DNA from: an uncultured Chthoniobacter sp.
Lineage (GTDB): Bacteria > Verrucomicrobiota > Verrucomicrobiia > Chthoniobacterales > Terrimicrobiaceae
Direction of reading: 5' to 3'
NCBI GenBank assembly: GCA_964585615.1
Contig: CAZPEN010000023.1
Location: forward strand, 1-64,000
DNA: 64,000 nt
A program made the translations under genes and the position numbers. Below, piece after piece: positions 18,966-27,951 of this stretch (the stretch's first letter is position 1; every line of letters begins with the position of its first letter). The notes under the pieces were generated by a model that was given only the letters and a program-made list of their open reading frames with translations, did not search any database and was not told where the DNA came from.

Positions 18966-20921
18966 ATGCCTGCCATAAACCCTCTCCGCATTTCCCGACT
19001 CAGCGGCTTCGGCTCGAAGCCCCCGCAGGACTTTGATCGATCTCCCGTTACCCTCGGCACAGCGTCCAGTTGTCACATTCGCTTCGATGCCGTTCTCGAC
19101 AAGGGCGTGGGGCCGCAGCATGCCCGGCTGGAGTGGAATGGAGAGGCGTGGTATTTGCTGGATGGCGGAACGCCCGCTGGCATCTGGTTAGATGGGCGTC
19201 GGCTGGAAGAACCCCTGCGGGCGGGAGGGGAGTTTTCCTTTCGGCTGGGTCAATCGGGTCCGGGAGTTTCCGTGCACGTGCTGCCAGCCAGCGTTATGTC
19301 TGAGGTCCCGGTCGCTCCGTTGCCGGTTCTTCCGCCCCCAAAAACAAAGCCACGTCTGCCAGTCGCGGGGATTGTGGTGGCAATCGTGCTTGCGGTGGCA
19401 ATCCTCGCCGGGGGTGGGGTTTTCATAGGGCGGAAGCTCGCGAACCCCAAAAATCTGGATTTCTCCGCACCAGCCCAAGAAGAGGATTTCTCACTAACCG
19501 ATCCCGTCTTTCAGGCGCAGCAGGCACAACAGCAACTCGCCTCAACCCCGCCGGGTCCGCAACCATGGGATCAGACCGGTCCGGACGAGGAGGATCTCAC
19601 CTGGCTGCCGATGGAGCCATCGTATCAATACTCAACTTATGTCCAAGGATGGACTCCCGGGAGCGGCAGCAGCCCCTTCACCGGAGATCTCTCCAGCCCA
19701 AGCCTGGCACAGGAATTTGCCCAACTCAGCATCCGCCCCCCGCAATTCGTCGAAGAACCCGGCGGTGGCCTGCCCCCCCAATCGGCGGGAGCAATCTGGA
19801 CCACGGACGACACCCGGTTGGCGGTGGAGCTGATGCTGGCGGCGGAATATGGCGCCAATCCCCCGCCAGATACAGAGGCACAGGGAGGGCTGCCAGCACA
19901 GGGAGCACCGGGCGTGTTCGTTCCGGGCAATCTTTCTCCTGAAGAGCTCCAGGCGGTCGAGGATCAGCTTGGCCGCCAGGCATCGAAGGCAGCAGGGGGA
20001 AATGCGCGGCATTTTGCAAAGACTTTGCGCATGGCCCTCGATACGGAGGCTCGCAATGCCGGACGGCAGCGCCTTGCGGCAAGTGCACGGGAGGAGGGGG
20101 CAACTTCTCCAGACGTCAGCCCGCAGGTGTGGGCGGTGATCGTTGGCATTGACGATTTTGAGAATATCAACGACATCGTGGGCTGCAAAAACGATGCCAT
20201 CGGCATGGCGAAGATTCTCATGCTGCACGGGTTGCTCCATCCCAAACGAACCTACTTGATGACCGACAAGATGCAGGGAGCCATGCGACCGACGGGAGCG
20301 AACATCAAAAGAGCCTTGAACGAGGTCCTCACCAAGGCGGGACCGAACGATATGGTGGTTTTCTTTTTTTCCGGCCACGGGGGAGAAGATCCCGCCTCGG
20401 GGGAAACCGTGTTCACCGGTGTGGACTTTACCTTCGACGATCCACTGGATACGGGGTTGACCGGCTCCGCTCTCCAGTCACTTATTAAACGCTCCGCCGC
20501 GTCCAAGTTACTCATGTTCTTTGATGCCTGCCACGCTGGCGGTTTGGCGCCACTGGGCCGGAATCCGCGGGGATTTCGCAGTGGTGTGAATCCGACTTTT
20601 CTCGATCAACTGGCCGAGGGCCGCGGGCATGTGGTGATCCGCGCCGCCGCCAAGGAGGAGATGAGCATCGGGAGCGATAAATTGAATCACGGTATTTTTA
20701 CATTTGTCACGCTGGCGGGTCTGACAGGAGGGGCGGATCGCGACAAGGATGGAATCGTGACCCTCAGCGAACTGCGACCCTACGTGACTCGGGAGACTCC
20801 GAAGCTTGCCAAGCAACTCGGCCATGACGTCTTCCATCCGAGCTTTACGAGCGGCGGACAGGCGGGTGAAATCGGCGACATTCCGCTGACGATCGTTCCT
20901 CCACCGGCACCCAAAAAATAA
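18966..20921 (+). CDS. FHA domain - TM helix - Pro/Gln-rich linker - caspase-like C14 peptidase
   Basis: N-terminal FHA (SPVTLGTASSCHIRFD..QHARLEW..WYLLDGGTPAGIWLDGRRL). TM VAGIVVAIVLAVAILAGGGVFIG. C-terminal caspase with FFFSGHGG (His) and FFDACHAGG (Cys). Confidence 0.85.
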   Translation: MPAINPLRISRLSGFGSKPPQDFDRSPVTLGTASSCHIRFDAVLDKGVGPQHARLEWNGEAWYLLDGGTPAGIWLDGRRLEEPLRAGGEFSFRLGQSGPGVSVHVLPASVMSEVPVAPLPVLPPPKTKPRLPVAGIVVAIVLAVAILAGGGVFIGRKLANPKNLDFSAPAQEEDFSLTDPVFQAQQAQQQLASTPPGPQPWDQTGPDEEDLTWLPMEPSYQYSTYVQGWTPGSGSSPFTGDLSSPSLAQEFAQLSIRPPQFVEEPGGGLPPQSAGAIWTTDDTRLAVELMLAAEYGANPPPDTEAQGGLPAQGAPGVFVPGNLSPEELQAVEDQLGRQASKAAGGNARHFAKTLRMALDTEARNAGRQRLAASAREEGATSPDVSPQVWAVIVGIDDFENINDIVGCKNDAIGMAKILMLHGLLHPKRTYLMTDKMQGAMRPTGANIKRALNEVLTKAGPNDMVVFFFSGHGGEDPASGETVFTGVDFTFDDPLDTGLTGSALQSLIKRSAASKLLMFFDACHAGGLAPLGRNPRGFRSGVNPTFLDQLAEGRGHVVIRAAAKEEMSIGSDKLNHGIFTFVTLAGLTGGADRDKDGIVTLSELRPYVTRETPKLAKQLGHDVFHPSFTSGGQAGEIGDIPLTIVPPPAPKK

Positions 20922-20923
20922 CT

Positions 20924-22600
20924 ATGAGCAGCGAACTTCAAATCACCAAGATCACGGGATTTCAGCGGGGCAAAGCGACCCGGTTTGTCGAGAGCCCCGT
21001 GGTGCTTGGCACGGCCGACACTTGCTCTCTCATTTTTGATCCCGCTTGGGATAAGACGGTTTCTGCCAAGCACGCCACAGTGGAACTCCGGGAAGGTGAC
21101 TGGTGGTTCATTGACCACAGCGAGCATGGCAGTTGGATCAACGGCCAACGGCTTTCCGCCGCCCGCAAACTGGAGCCGGTGACCGAAATCGAACTCGGGC
21201 GCGGCGGCCCAAAGATCCGGTTGGAGTTTGCCGTGGCCCCGATGTCGTCTCCTGTGCCCATGAGTCCTCCTCCTGTGCAAGCCCCGGTACCCCCTGTGCC
21301 CACGCTCCCGGCTTCAATGGGGCCAGTCAAAAGGGGATCTCGCGGATCCAAGCCCCTCGTATTGGCAGCAGGGATTATTCTTTTTCTGGGTTTGGGAGTG
21401 GCGGGGATCGTGTTTTGGAACGGCTCCAAAGAGGAACAAGCCCTGGAGGAAACTGCTCAGGAAGCCCCGCCCGACGAAGAGTTGTGCGAACTGGTCGAGG
21501 AATCCGCCCCGCAAAATCCCCCGCCTTCGGCAACGACTCCCGCGTCGTCAGCCATTGGTCGCGGCTGGGCCATCATTGCTGGCGTCAACCAATACTCCAA
21601 CGGAATCAACTCCCTCGCCATGTGTGTCAACGACGCCAAGGCGGTCGCCAAGTCGCTGGTGGACTCCGGCATCTTCCACTCGGACAGCGTGATTCTGATG
21701 ACGGACGAATCGCCTCCCGAGTTGCAGCCGACTTCGATCAATATCGAACGGATGATCAAGACCGTAGCCGCCCAGGCCAAGCCCGAGGACATTGTCTATT
21801 TCAGCTTTTCCGGGCATGGCGACTGGGACGAAGCGAAGCAAGACTCGATGATTATCACCAGCGACGCCAATCCGCAGAATCTCGAACGCACCACTCTCTA
21901 TGGCGCGACCCTGCAAAAGCTCTTCTCCGGAATCGCGGCCGAGAAGCTCATTGTCGTGCTGGACTCCTGCCACAGCGGCGGCATTCAGGTAAAGGGCCGC
22001 AAGGAAGTCCGCCAAGCCGCAGGAATCCCCGAGGCGTTTTATCAGAAGTTCACCGATTCCAAGGGGCAGATCACCGTGCGTTCCTGTGCTTTCAACGAGG
22101 TTTCCTGGGAGTCACCCGAACTGGGGCACGGGCTCTTCACCTACCATCTGGTCGCCGGGCTCACCGGAGCGGCAGATCGCGACGGGGATGGAATCGCCAC
22201 CCTTTCCGAGGTGAGGGCGTATGTTTCCGAAAAGGTCCCGGCAGACGCGGTTGCCAAATTCGGCGAAAAGCAAACCCCGAGCTTTACCAGCGGCGGCCTG
22301 CTGGGTGAGGTCGGCGACATTCCGCTCACCGTCATACCGGCCCAGCGAGCCCGACGTCTCGGCACGCTGGACACCCTGCGCCAGCGCGCCAGCGCCCTCT
22401 CCGCCCAGGACAAAATTTCCGCTCAGGAACTCGATACCATCAAAGATACCCTGCGTGTCCTCTCCGAAAAACGCCGTTTCGCTCCCGCCGAACAAGAACA
22501 GATCAAACTCACACTTCGGCTGCTCCTGGGAAAGACCACTGCAGCCGACTACCGCCTGGCCTCACGGGCACTCGGCGGCACAAAGCCCGCGTCTAAATAG
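20924..22600 (+). CDS. FHA domain - TM helix - caspase-like C14 peptidase (paralog of the upstream gene)
   Basis: FHA (SPVVLGTADTCSLIFD..KHATVEL..WWFIDHSEHGSWINGQRL). TM LVLAAGIILFLGLGVAGIVFW. Caspase FSFSGHGDWDE and VLDSCHSGG. 3-nt intergenic gap from the upstream paralog. Confidence 0.85.
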   Translation: MSSELQITKITGFQRGKATRFVESPVVLGTADTCSLIFDPAWDKTVSAKHATVELREGDWWFIDHSEHGSWINGQRLSAARKLEPVTEIELGRGGPKIRLEFAVAPMSSPVPMSPPPVQAPVPPVPTLPASMGPVKRGSRGSKPLVLAAGIILFLGLGVAGIVFWNGSKEEQALEETAQEAPPDEELCELVEESAPQNPPPSATTPASSAIGRGWAIIAGVNQYSNGINSLAMCVNDAKAVAKSLVDSGIFHSDSVILMTDESPPELQPTSINIERMIKTVAAQAKPEDIVYFSFSGHGDWDEAKQDSMIITSDANPQNLERTTLYGATLQKLFSGIAAEKLIVVLDSCHSGGIQVKGRKEVRQAAGIPEAFYQKFTDSKGQITVRSCAFNEVSWESPELGHGLFTYHLVAGLTGAADRDGDGIATLSEVRAYVSEKVPADAVAKFGEKQTPSFTSGGLLGEVGDIPLTVIPAQRARRLGTLDTLRQRASALSAQDKISAQELDTIKDTLRVLSEKRRFAPAEQEQIKLTLRLLLGKTTAADYRLASRALGGTKPASK

Positions 22601-22722
22601 CCGCTGGAGCATCTCCCGACTCCCACCGCTTATCACCACATGTTTCGTATCGAATTTGGCAGCTTGCAGCGGCAGTTTGGCTCGCACTCTTCCGAGTATA
22701 CCCACGCGCCGGTGGTGCTGCC

Positions 22723-23172
22723 GTGCTTGATCATGCACGCACGAAGCGCGTAACCGATCCATCCCCTCACCCGTACATTGGCGCGAGCGACGACTTCTTC
22801 GGGTTTCTTCCACAAGGTGCTCCAGGCGGTTTCCTCCCGGATCCCTTCCCGCTGTTGAGTCCTTCTGGACAAGCTCTTCGAGAAATCCCGACGATGCTCC
22901 AAAAAATGTTTGTCGGGGACGCGGGGCGGTTGCGACAGGTGTTGCTCAACCTCACGGACAATGCCGTCAAATTTACGGAAGCAGGATATGTTTTCATCGC
23001 GATTTCCAGCGAATCGCCCCTTCTCTTTTGCGTAAAGGACAGCGGGACGGGAATTATTGATGGGCGGTTCCCTGCTCGTGGAAACCAGCCCCGGATTCAG
23101 TTCCTGCTTCTTTTTCCAACTTCCGTTGGAGCCGATGTTGGAAGACTGAATTTTTGGGTTTCTAACTTTTGA
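22723..23172 (+). pseudogene. remnant of a sensor histidine kinase (HATPase_c N-box/G1-box only; no HisKA/DHp, degenerate G2)
   Basis: GDAGRLRQVLLNLTDNAVKFTEAGYVFIA...VKDSGTGI is a typical HATPase_c core. The upstream and downstream sequence is not kinase-like. Confidence 0.6.
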
Positions 23173-23318
23173 GGATCACTCGATTCTCAAAAGTCATAAT
23201 TCATGGGGCAAAATTGGGGCAAAAGCTGACCCTTTCCGCTGATTTCCTGACAATTCCTGTCGGATGTCAAAAATTGCGTTATTGCTCGCAAAGCCTCTAT
23301 TTATCAGGCATTCAGGAG

Positions 23319-23403
23319 CGGATGGGGGGGGATTCGAACCCCCGGTACCTTTCGGTACACACGCTTTCCAGGCGTGCGCAATCGACCACTCTGCCACCCA
23401 TCC
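23319..23403 (-). tRNA. tRNA-Ser (anticodon GGA), class II with long variable arm; CCA not encoded
   Basis: Manual fold of the reverse complement: acceptor GGATGGG/CCCATCC, 3-bp D stem GCA/TGC, anticodon stem CACGC/GCGTG with loop CTGGAAA, variable arm GTACC-GAAA-GGTAC, T arm GGGGG-TTCGAAT-CCCCC. Confidence 0.8.
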
Positions 23404-23698
23404 CCTTCGGAGAGAGCCGTTAGAGTTAACTGACTTGTGGAAGTTTGACAACCTTCGTGATGGAATTTCTGCTTGCGAGTAGTGGGCCAACAATCCGATG
23501 CCAGATTGTTGAAGTGAAGATCTCCACCGCGCTGACAGACCGCGACTGCAAGTGCGCTACCCCGCCAAAAGCACAGTGACACCCGGCAGCGGAGCCTTGG
23601 GTTCGTTTCCGAAAGGAAATCTGCAGTCTCCCCGCCGAAGGGGAAAGAAACGATTTCAAAGACACCCGAACGCACAAAAGCACCAAACTCTGATAAAA

Positions 23699-23775
23699 TG
23701 GTGCAGCCGATAGGACTCGAACCTATAACCTTCTGATCCGTAGTCAGATGCTCTATCCAATTGAGCTACGGCTGC
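23699..23775 (-). tRNA. tRNA-Arg (anticodon ACG), CCA encoded
   Basis: Reverse complement GCAGCCGTAGCTCAATTGGATAGAGCATCTGACTACGGATCAGAAGGTTATAGGTTCGAGTCCTATCGGCTGCACCA folds as a cloverleaf with anticodon loop CTACGGA. Confidence 0.85.
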
Positions 23776-24177
23776 TTGGCGCGGGAGGGAAAATAGAACA
23801 GCAAATAAGCGATGGCGTCAAATGGGAAATGAAAATTCCTCTGCCTGCAAATGGACTTGCATGAAAAGCGCTCTCCCCCGGGAAAAATGATTGCTCCTTG
23901 AATCACCGGCCGGCCGCTGTGTTATGCTCGGGCAACTTCCTTCCTGTGCAAAACAAAATCACGAGATCATTGTCCGTGTCGTTTGTTCCAAGGCTTTTTG
24001 GTTTCCCTCGTCTTCCCATTTCTGGCATTTGTCCGCCCGGTGACGGCACAGGAGGGGGGCCCCTTCTCTTCAGCAATCTCAACCAGACCACGACATCGTC
24101 GCTGCAGTTGGAACACGCCTTCGTCGGATTCCCCTTTGCGAGCGTGTTTGTCACCGGCAGCAAATCCTGCGTTTCAA

Positions 24178-24720
24178 ATGAAAAAAACACACACCCAAGA
24201 GCAACTGCTCCAGGCATTGCAAATCCGATTTGAGAAAAACCCGCACCGTCACAGGAATTTGAATTGGGCAATGGTGCAGGCGCGGTTGGAGGCGAATCCG
24301 GACAGTCTGCGCTCGCTCGCGGAAATGGAGCGAACCGGCGGCGAACCGGATGTGGTGGGGGGAAAATCGGGCGAATTCCTTTTCATGGATTGCTCGCCGG
24401 AAAGTCCCGCCGGGCGGCGCAGTGTGTGTTACGACCGCGAAGGCCTGGAGTCGCGCAGGGAGCACAAACCGGAAGCCGCCGCCATGGACATGGCAGCAAC
24501 CATGGGCATCGGCCTGTTGACGGAAGAGGAATACCTTGCACTGCAAAGGCTGGGAGAATTCGATCTGAAGACTTCCAGCTGGATCGCCACCCCGCCGGAG
24601 ATCCGCAAGCGGGGCGGGGCGCTGTATGCCGAACGCCGCTACGACCGTGTGTTCATCGGCCACAACGGAGCGCAGTCCTACTACGCCATCCGGGGATTTC
24701 GCGGTTCACTCAGGGTCTGA
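24178..24720 (+). CDS. DUF4256-family protein (tentative)
   Basis: 180-aa ORF starting MKKTHTQEQLL. Sequence pattern recalled as DUF4256-like; uncertain. Confidence 0.45.
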   Translation: MKKTHTQEQLLQALQIRFEKNPHRHRNLNWAMVQARLEANPDSLRSLAEMERTGGEPDVVGGKSGEFLFMDCSPESPAGRRSVCYDREGLESRREHKPEAAAMDMAATMGIGLLTEEEYLALQRLGEFDLKTSSWIATPPEIRKRGGALYAERRYDRVFIGHNGAQSYYAIRGFRGSLRV

Positions 24721-24770
24721 ACCCCGAAGCGAAAGGACAAAAATCGGTGGATTCTCCGCTTTTCCCGGGA

Positions 24771-25598
24771 TTATTTTGCGTGAAGCCAGGGAGCGTCGGC
24801 CTCCGAGGCTTTCAAGGAATTCATCACAATGTAGAGCAACGCCTCCAGCATCTCCGGGGTGGTGCGGTAAATGTCCGTCGCTCCTTCCGGAGGCTGCCAT
24901 GTCGAGGCGGGAAGCGAGGGGACAAAGCTCAGATCCCGGATGTCCACCACTGCGGTGAAATCCTTGCGCGTGACCTCCATGCGGCGGGGCAGATAGCCCG
25001 GAGCGACCCAGATACGGCCCTGAAAATCCTCCGCCTTGGTCGCTTTGGCAAGCTCCGGCATCAGCCCCGCAGTCAGCACCCGGCAATCCTCTCCGTTCAA
25101 GGTCTCCACCTCGGCCACATCGGCCCGGGCGATGGAGAAGAGCGCCGGCAGAAAAATCGCCTGCTGGGCCGAGACGGGCACAAAAATCGGGGTGGTCAAC
25201 TTGAGGTTCTTCTTCGGTTTGACTTTGAACTGCGAAATCAGGAACTCCACCTTGCTGCCGGGGGTCGCCCAGACTTCGTTGCCGTTCCGACAAATTGTGA
25301 ATTGCTCGCCGAGCACGGGGGCCTCCAGCCTCACCTTGTCCGGAAACTGCACCGCCGCTTTGAGTGTGGCCCCTTTCATGTTGGCCGGAAGCCGGCCGGC
25401 CACCCCGGTCATCTCAATGGTGAGCGTCGCCGCCCGGTTTGCGCTTTTCGTATCGGCCAGCAGGACTCCCCAGAGCGGTTGAAAAATTTTCCCGATGACA
25501 TCGTAAGGATTGTCCCTCGGAACTCCCTGTTGGGCGTGAATAGGAAGGGTGGCGGCCAGCAAAAGAAGCAGGATCGGGCGATACATCGGCGCCCTCAT
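24771..25598 (-). CDS. exported hypothetical protein (signal peptide MRAPMYRPILLLLLAATLPIHAQ)
   Basis: Signal peptide at an internal Met of the longer ORF. Beta-rich. Confidence 0.5.
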   Translation of the reverse strand: MRAPMYRPILLLLLAATLPIHAQQGVPRDNPYDVIGKIFQPLWGVLLADTKSANRAATLTIEMTGVAGRLPANMKGATLKAAVQFPDKVRLEAPVLGEQFTICRNGNEVWATPGSKVEFLISQFKVKPKKNLKLTTPIFVPVSAQQAIFLPALFSIARADVAEVETLNGEDCRVLTAGLMPELAKATKAEDFQGRIWVAPGYLPRRMEVTRKDFTAVVDIRDLSFVPSLPASTWQPPEGATDIYRTTPEMLEALLYIVMNSLKASEADAPWLHAK

Positions 25599-25708
25599 TA
25601 CCCCCGATTCCTTTCCGAGGCAAAAAGTTTTGCATTTTTCCTCCATCCGGTGTCGGTTAGCGTCCGACGAATGAATACCGCAACCGGATGGGGATCGATT
25701 GAACGGGC

Positions 25709-26452
25709 ATGATTGCCGCCGGACTCGTTTACGCATTTTTGGAGAGTACGATTGAGGGGAAGCTGGTCCTTCTCACCCTCTTTCTTGCCTCGATTTTCAG
25801 TTGGTCGGTGATGGTGACCAAATTGCGCTATCTGCACTTTGCCAGGAAGCAAAGTGCGCGATTCTCAGCGCTCTTCCACCGCGACCGGCTGCCGCTCCGG
25901 ATCTACGAGCAGGGAGTCCGCTTCGAGGGCTCCCCGCTTTACGAGATTTACCGGGCGGGCACGGCCGAACTTTGCTTCCAGATGCTCGGCTCCACCGAGG
26001 TGGACGAAACCTTCCGGGCCAGGCTGGAATCTGCGGACAAGATCAGCCCCGCCCAGATGCGGGCGGTGCAGGCGGCCATGGAGCGGGCCGTCGGAGAATC
26101 GGCGCTCAAGCTGGAATCGCAGATGATCATCCTCTCCACCGCCGTCAGTGGCGGCCCCTTCCTCGGTCTCCTGGGGACTGTCTGGGGTGTCATGGACGCC
26201 TTTTCCGGCATCGCCGCGGCGGGCACGGCCAACCTGGCCGCAATGGCTCCCGGTGTCTCCGGCGCACTGATCACCACCGTCGTCGGATTGCTTGTCGCGA
26301 TCCCTGCGATGTTCGGGTACAATTTTCTGGTCACCAGCGTCCGCTCAATGATTGTCCAGGCGGACAATTTCGCGGCGGAACTTTCTTCCGAGATTGAACA
26401 CCGTTACGTCGAACACGGAACGCGCGATTCCCGCCGTTCCCTCCACTCCTGA
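25709..26452 (+). CDS. exbB: MotA/TolQ/ExbB proton-channel family protein
   Basis: Three TM helices and conserved C-terminal GLLGTVWGVMDAF...PGVSGALITTVVGLLVAIPAMFGYNFL. Confidence 0.85.
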   Translation: MIAAGLVYAFLESTIEGKLVLLTLFLASIFSWSVMVTKLRYLHFARKQSARFSALFHRDRLPLRIYEQGVRFEGSPLYEIYRAGTAELCFQMLGSTEVDETFRARLESADKISPAQMRAVQAAMERAVGESALKLESQMIILSTAVSGGPFLGLLGTVWGVMDAFSGIAAAGTANLAAMAPGVSGALITTVVGLLVAIPAMFGYNFLVTSVRSMIVQADNFAAELSSEIEHRYVEHGTRDSRRSLHS

Positions 26453-26454
26453 CC

Positions 26455-26880
26455 ATGCGCCGCTATTCCTCGCGACAGAGCCTGCAAACGCTCACGGAGT
26501 TGAACGTGACCCCCCTTCTGGATCTGGCGTTCGTGTTGCTGATCATTTTCATGATCACCACTCCGCTCATTGAAAACAGCCTCGACCTTGTCGTTCCGAC
26601 CAGCTCGACCGCGAAGTCCTCGGTGAATCCGGCGGAAGTCTTCACCATCTCCATCGACAAGGACAACGGGCTGAAACTGAACAACGAGCCCGTCACCGCC
26701 GCAGATCTCGAATCCCGACTGGCCGCCCTCCATTCGCAGGATCCCGCCACTGCTGTTGTGGTGCGCCCGCACAAGGATCTGCCGGTCCAAAATTTTGTGT
26801 CGGTCATGGACATCCTCCAACGCACCGGCATCACGAAAGTCGGCGTCATGACCCATCCGGAACAACCCGCCACTCCCTGA
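26455..26880 (+). CDS. exbD: ExbD/TolR biopolymer transport protein
   Basis: N-terminal [23 protein letters not shown] typical of ExbD/TolR. Confidence 0.85.
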   Translation: MRRYSSRQSLQTLTELNVTPLLDLAFVLLIIFMITTPLIENSLDLVVPTSSTAKSSVNPAEVFTISIDKDNGLKLNNEPVTAADLESRLAALHSQDPATAVVVRPHKDLPVQNFVSVMDILQRTGITKVGVMTHPEQPATP

Positions 26881-26881
26881 C

Positions 26882-27859
26882 ATGGGCGATCCAAGGTTCC
26901 GGCGGAATCTTATCCTCGTTGCCGCCATCCACATCCTGGCACTGGCAGCCTTCTTCGCCTTTTCCAGGCGGGAGATCAAAAAGCCGGCCGGGGAAGTTGT
27001 CTGGATGAATCCCGGCGCATTTTCCATGGCCGCGGAGCAGGACAATTCGTCCCCGGAAGTGGAGCCTTCTCCCACCCCGGAACCGACTCCCGAATCAACG
27101 CCGGAGCCCACCCCGGAACCAACGCCAGAACCGACTCCGGAGTCCACTCCGGAACCCACCCCCGAAATCCCCCCTGCGGACTCCGACATTCCCGTTGCAA
27201 CGCCCTCACCAACTCCCACACCCAAACCAACCCCCTCTCCGACTCCCAAACCAACCCCAAAGCCAACGCCCAAACCGTCTCCCAAACCGTCTCCCAAACC
27301 CTCTCCAAAGCCAACACCCAAGCCCAGTCCAAAACCCAGCCCCAAAGCGAGCCCGAAACCCAGCCCCAAAGCCTCTCCAAAACCGGATGCTTCCCCCAAG
27401 GCCTCCGCTTCTCCCAAAGCCTCTCCGGGAGCCTCTCCCAAAGCTTCCCCCGGTGCTTCTCCGGGCGAATCCACCACGGGATCTTCCTCCTCGAAGTCCG
27501 GCGACAAAGGCTCCGGCAGCGCCTCCCAAGGCTCGGGCAACAGTTCGAAAGCCGGAGCCGGAGGAGACGCCTCCCAGTTTGCCTGGTACCATGAACTCAT
27601 CCACGATCGCTTCTACAGCCAGTGGGACCAGCCGACATCGATTTTCGACCAGGCCAAATCGTTCGTCTGCACGGTCAAAATCCGCATCGAAAAGGACGGC
27701 AAAATTTCCAGTGCGGAGATCGTCAAAACAAGTGGAAACCCCCTCATGGACGAATCCGTTCTCGCCGCAGCAAAGCGGGTGTCCCAGATCGACCCTCCCC
27801 CGTCCGGCCTCTCCTCCGGTGGTGCCTATACGGTCAACATCAACTTCGAACTCGAGTAA
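26882..27859 (+). CDS. tonB: TonB-family energy transducer with long Pro-rich tandem-repeat spacer
   Basis: N-terminal TM, (TPEP)n and (PKPS/TPKP)n repeats, C-terminal TonB_C-like domain. Directly follows exbB-exbD. Confidence 0.75.
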   Translation: MGDPRFRRNLILVAAIHILALAAFFAFSRREIKKPAGEVVWMNPGAFSMAAEQDNSSPEVEPSPTPEPTPESTPEPTPEPTPEPTPESTPEPTPEIPPADSDIPVATPSPTPTPKPTPSPTPKPTPKPTPKPSPKPSPKPSPKPTPKPSPKPSPKASPKPSPKASPKPDASPKASASPKASPGASPKASPGASPGESTTGSSSSKSGDKGSGSASQGSGNSSKAGAGGDASQFAWYHELIHDRFYSQWDQPTSIFDQAKSFVCTVKIRIEKDGKISSAEIVKTSGNPLMDESVLAAAKRVSQIDPPPSGLSSGGAYTVNINFELE

Positions 27860-27951
27860 ACCCGGATCCGGAGATTCTTCACGCAGCGACACAGAGAAAA
27901 ACGGTTTCGGGATAAATCGCCCGGGGATTTTCCGTTCGAGTCAACTGCACC

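Noticed and set aside
22650-22670. TGGCAGcTTGCA as a sigma-54 site
   Set aside because: Wrong spacing between the GG and GC elements.
23404-23698. Spacer as SRP/4.5S or RNase P RNA
   Set aside because: Could not find the conserved GGAAGCAGCC (SRP domain IV) or RNase P P4 motifs by eye. Left only as an unassigned possible ncRNA.
24264-25712. 482-aa plus-strand ORF
   Set aside because: Antisense to the exported protein gene with a clear signal peptide. Gly/Arg-rich.
26404-27600. 398-aa minus-strand ORF with (GxGx)n repeats
   Set aside because: Mirror image of the TonB Pro-rich repeat region (the complement of the Pro-codon repeats gives Gly repeats). Antisense to exbD/tonB.
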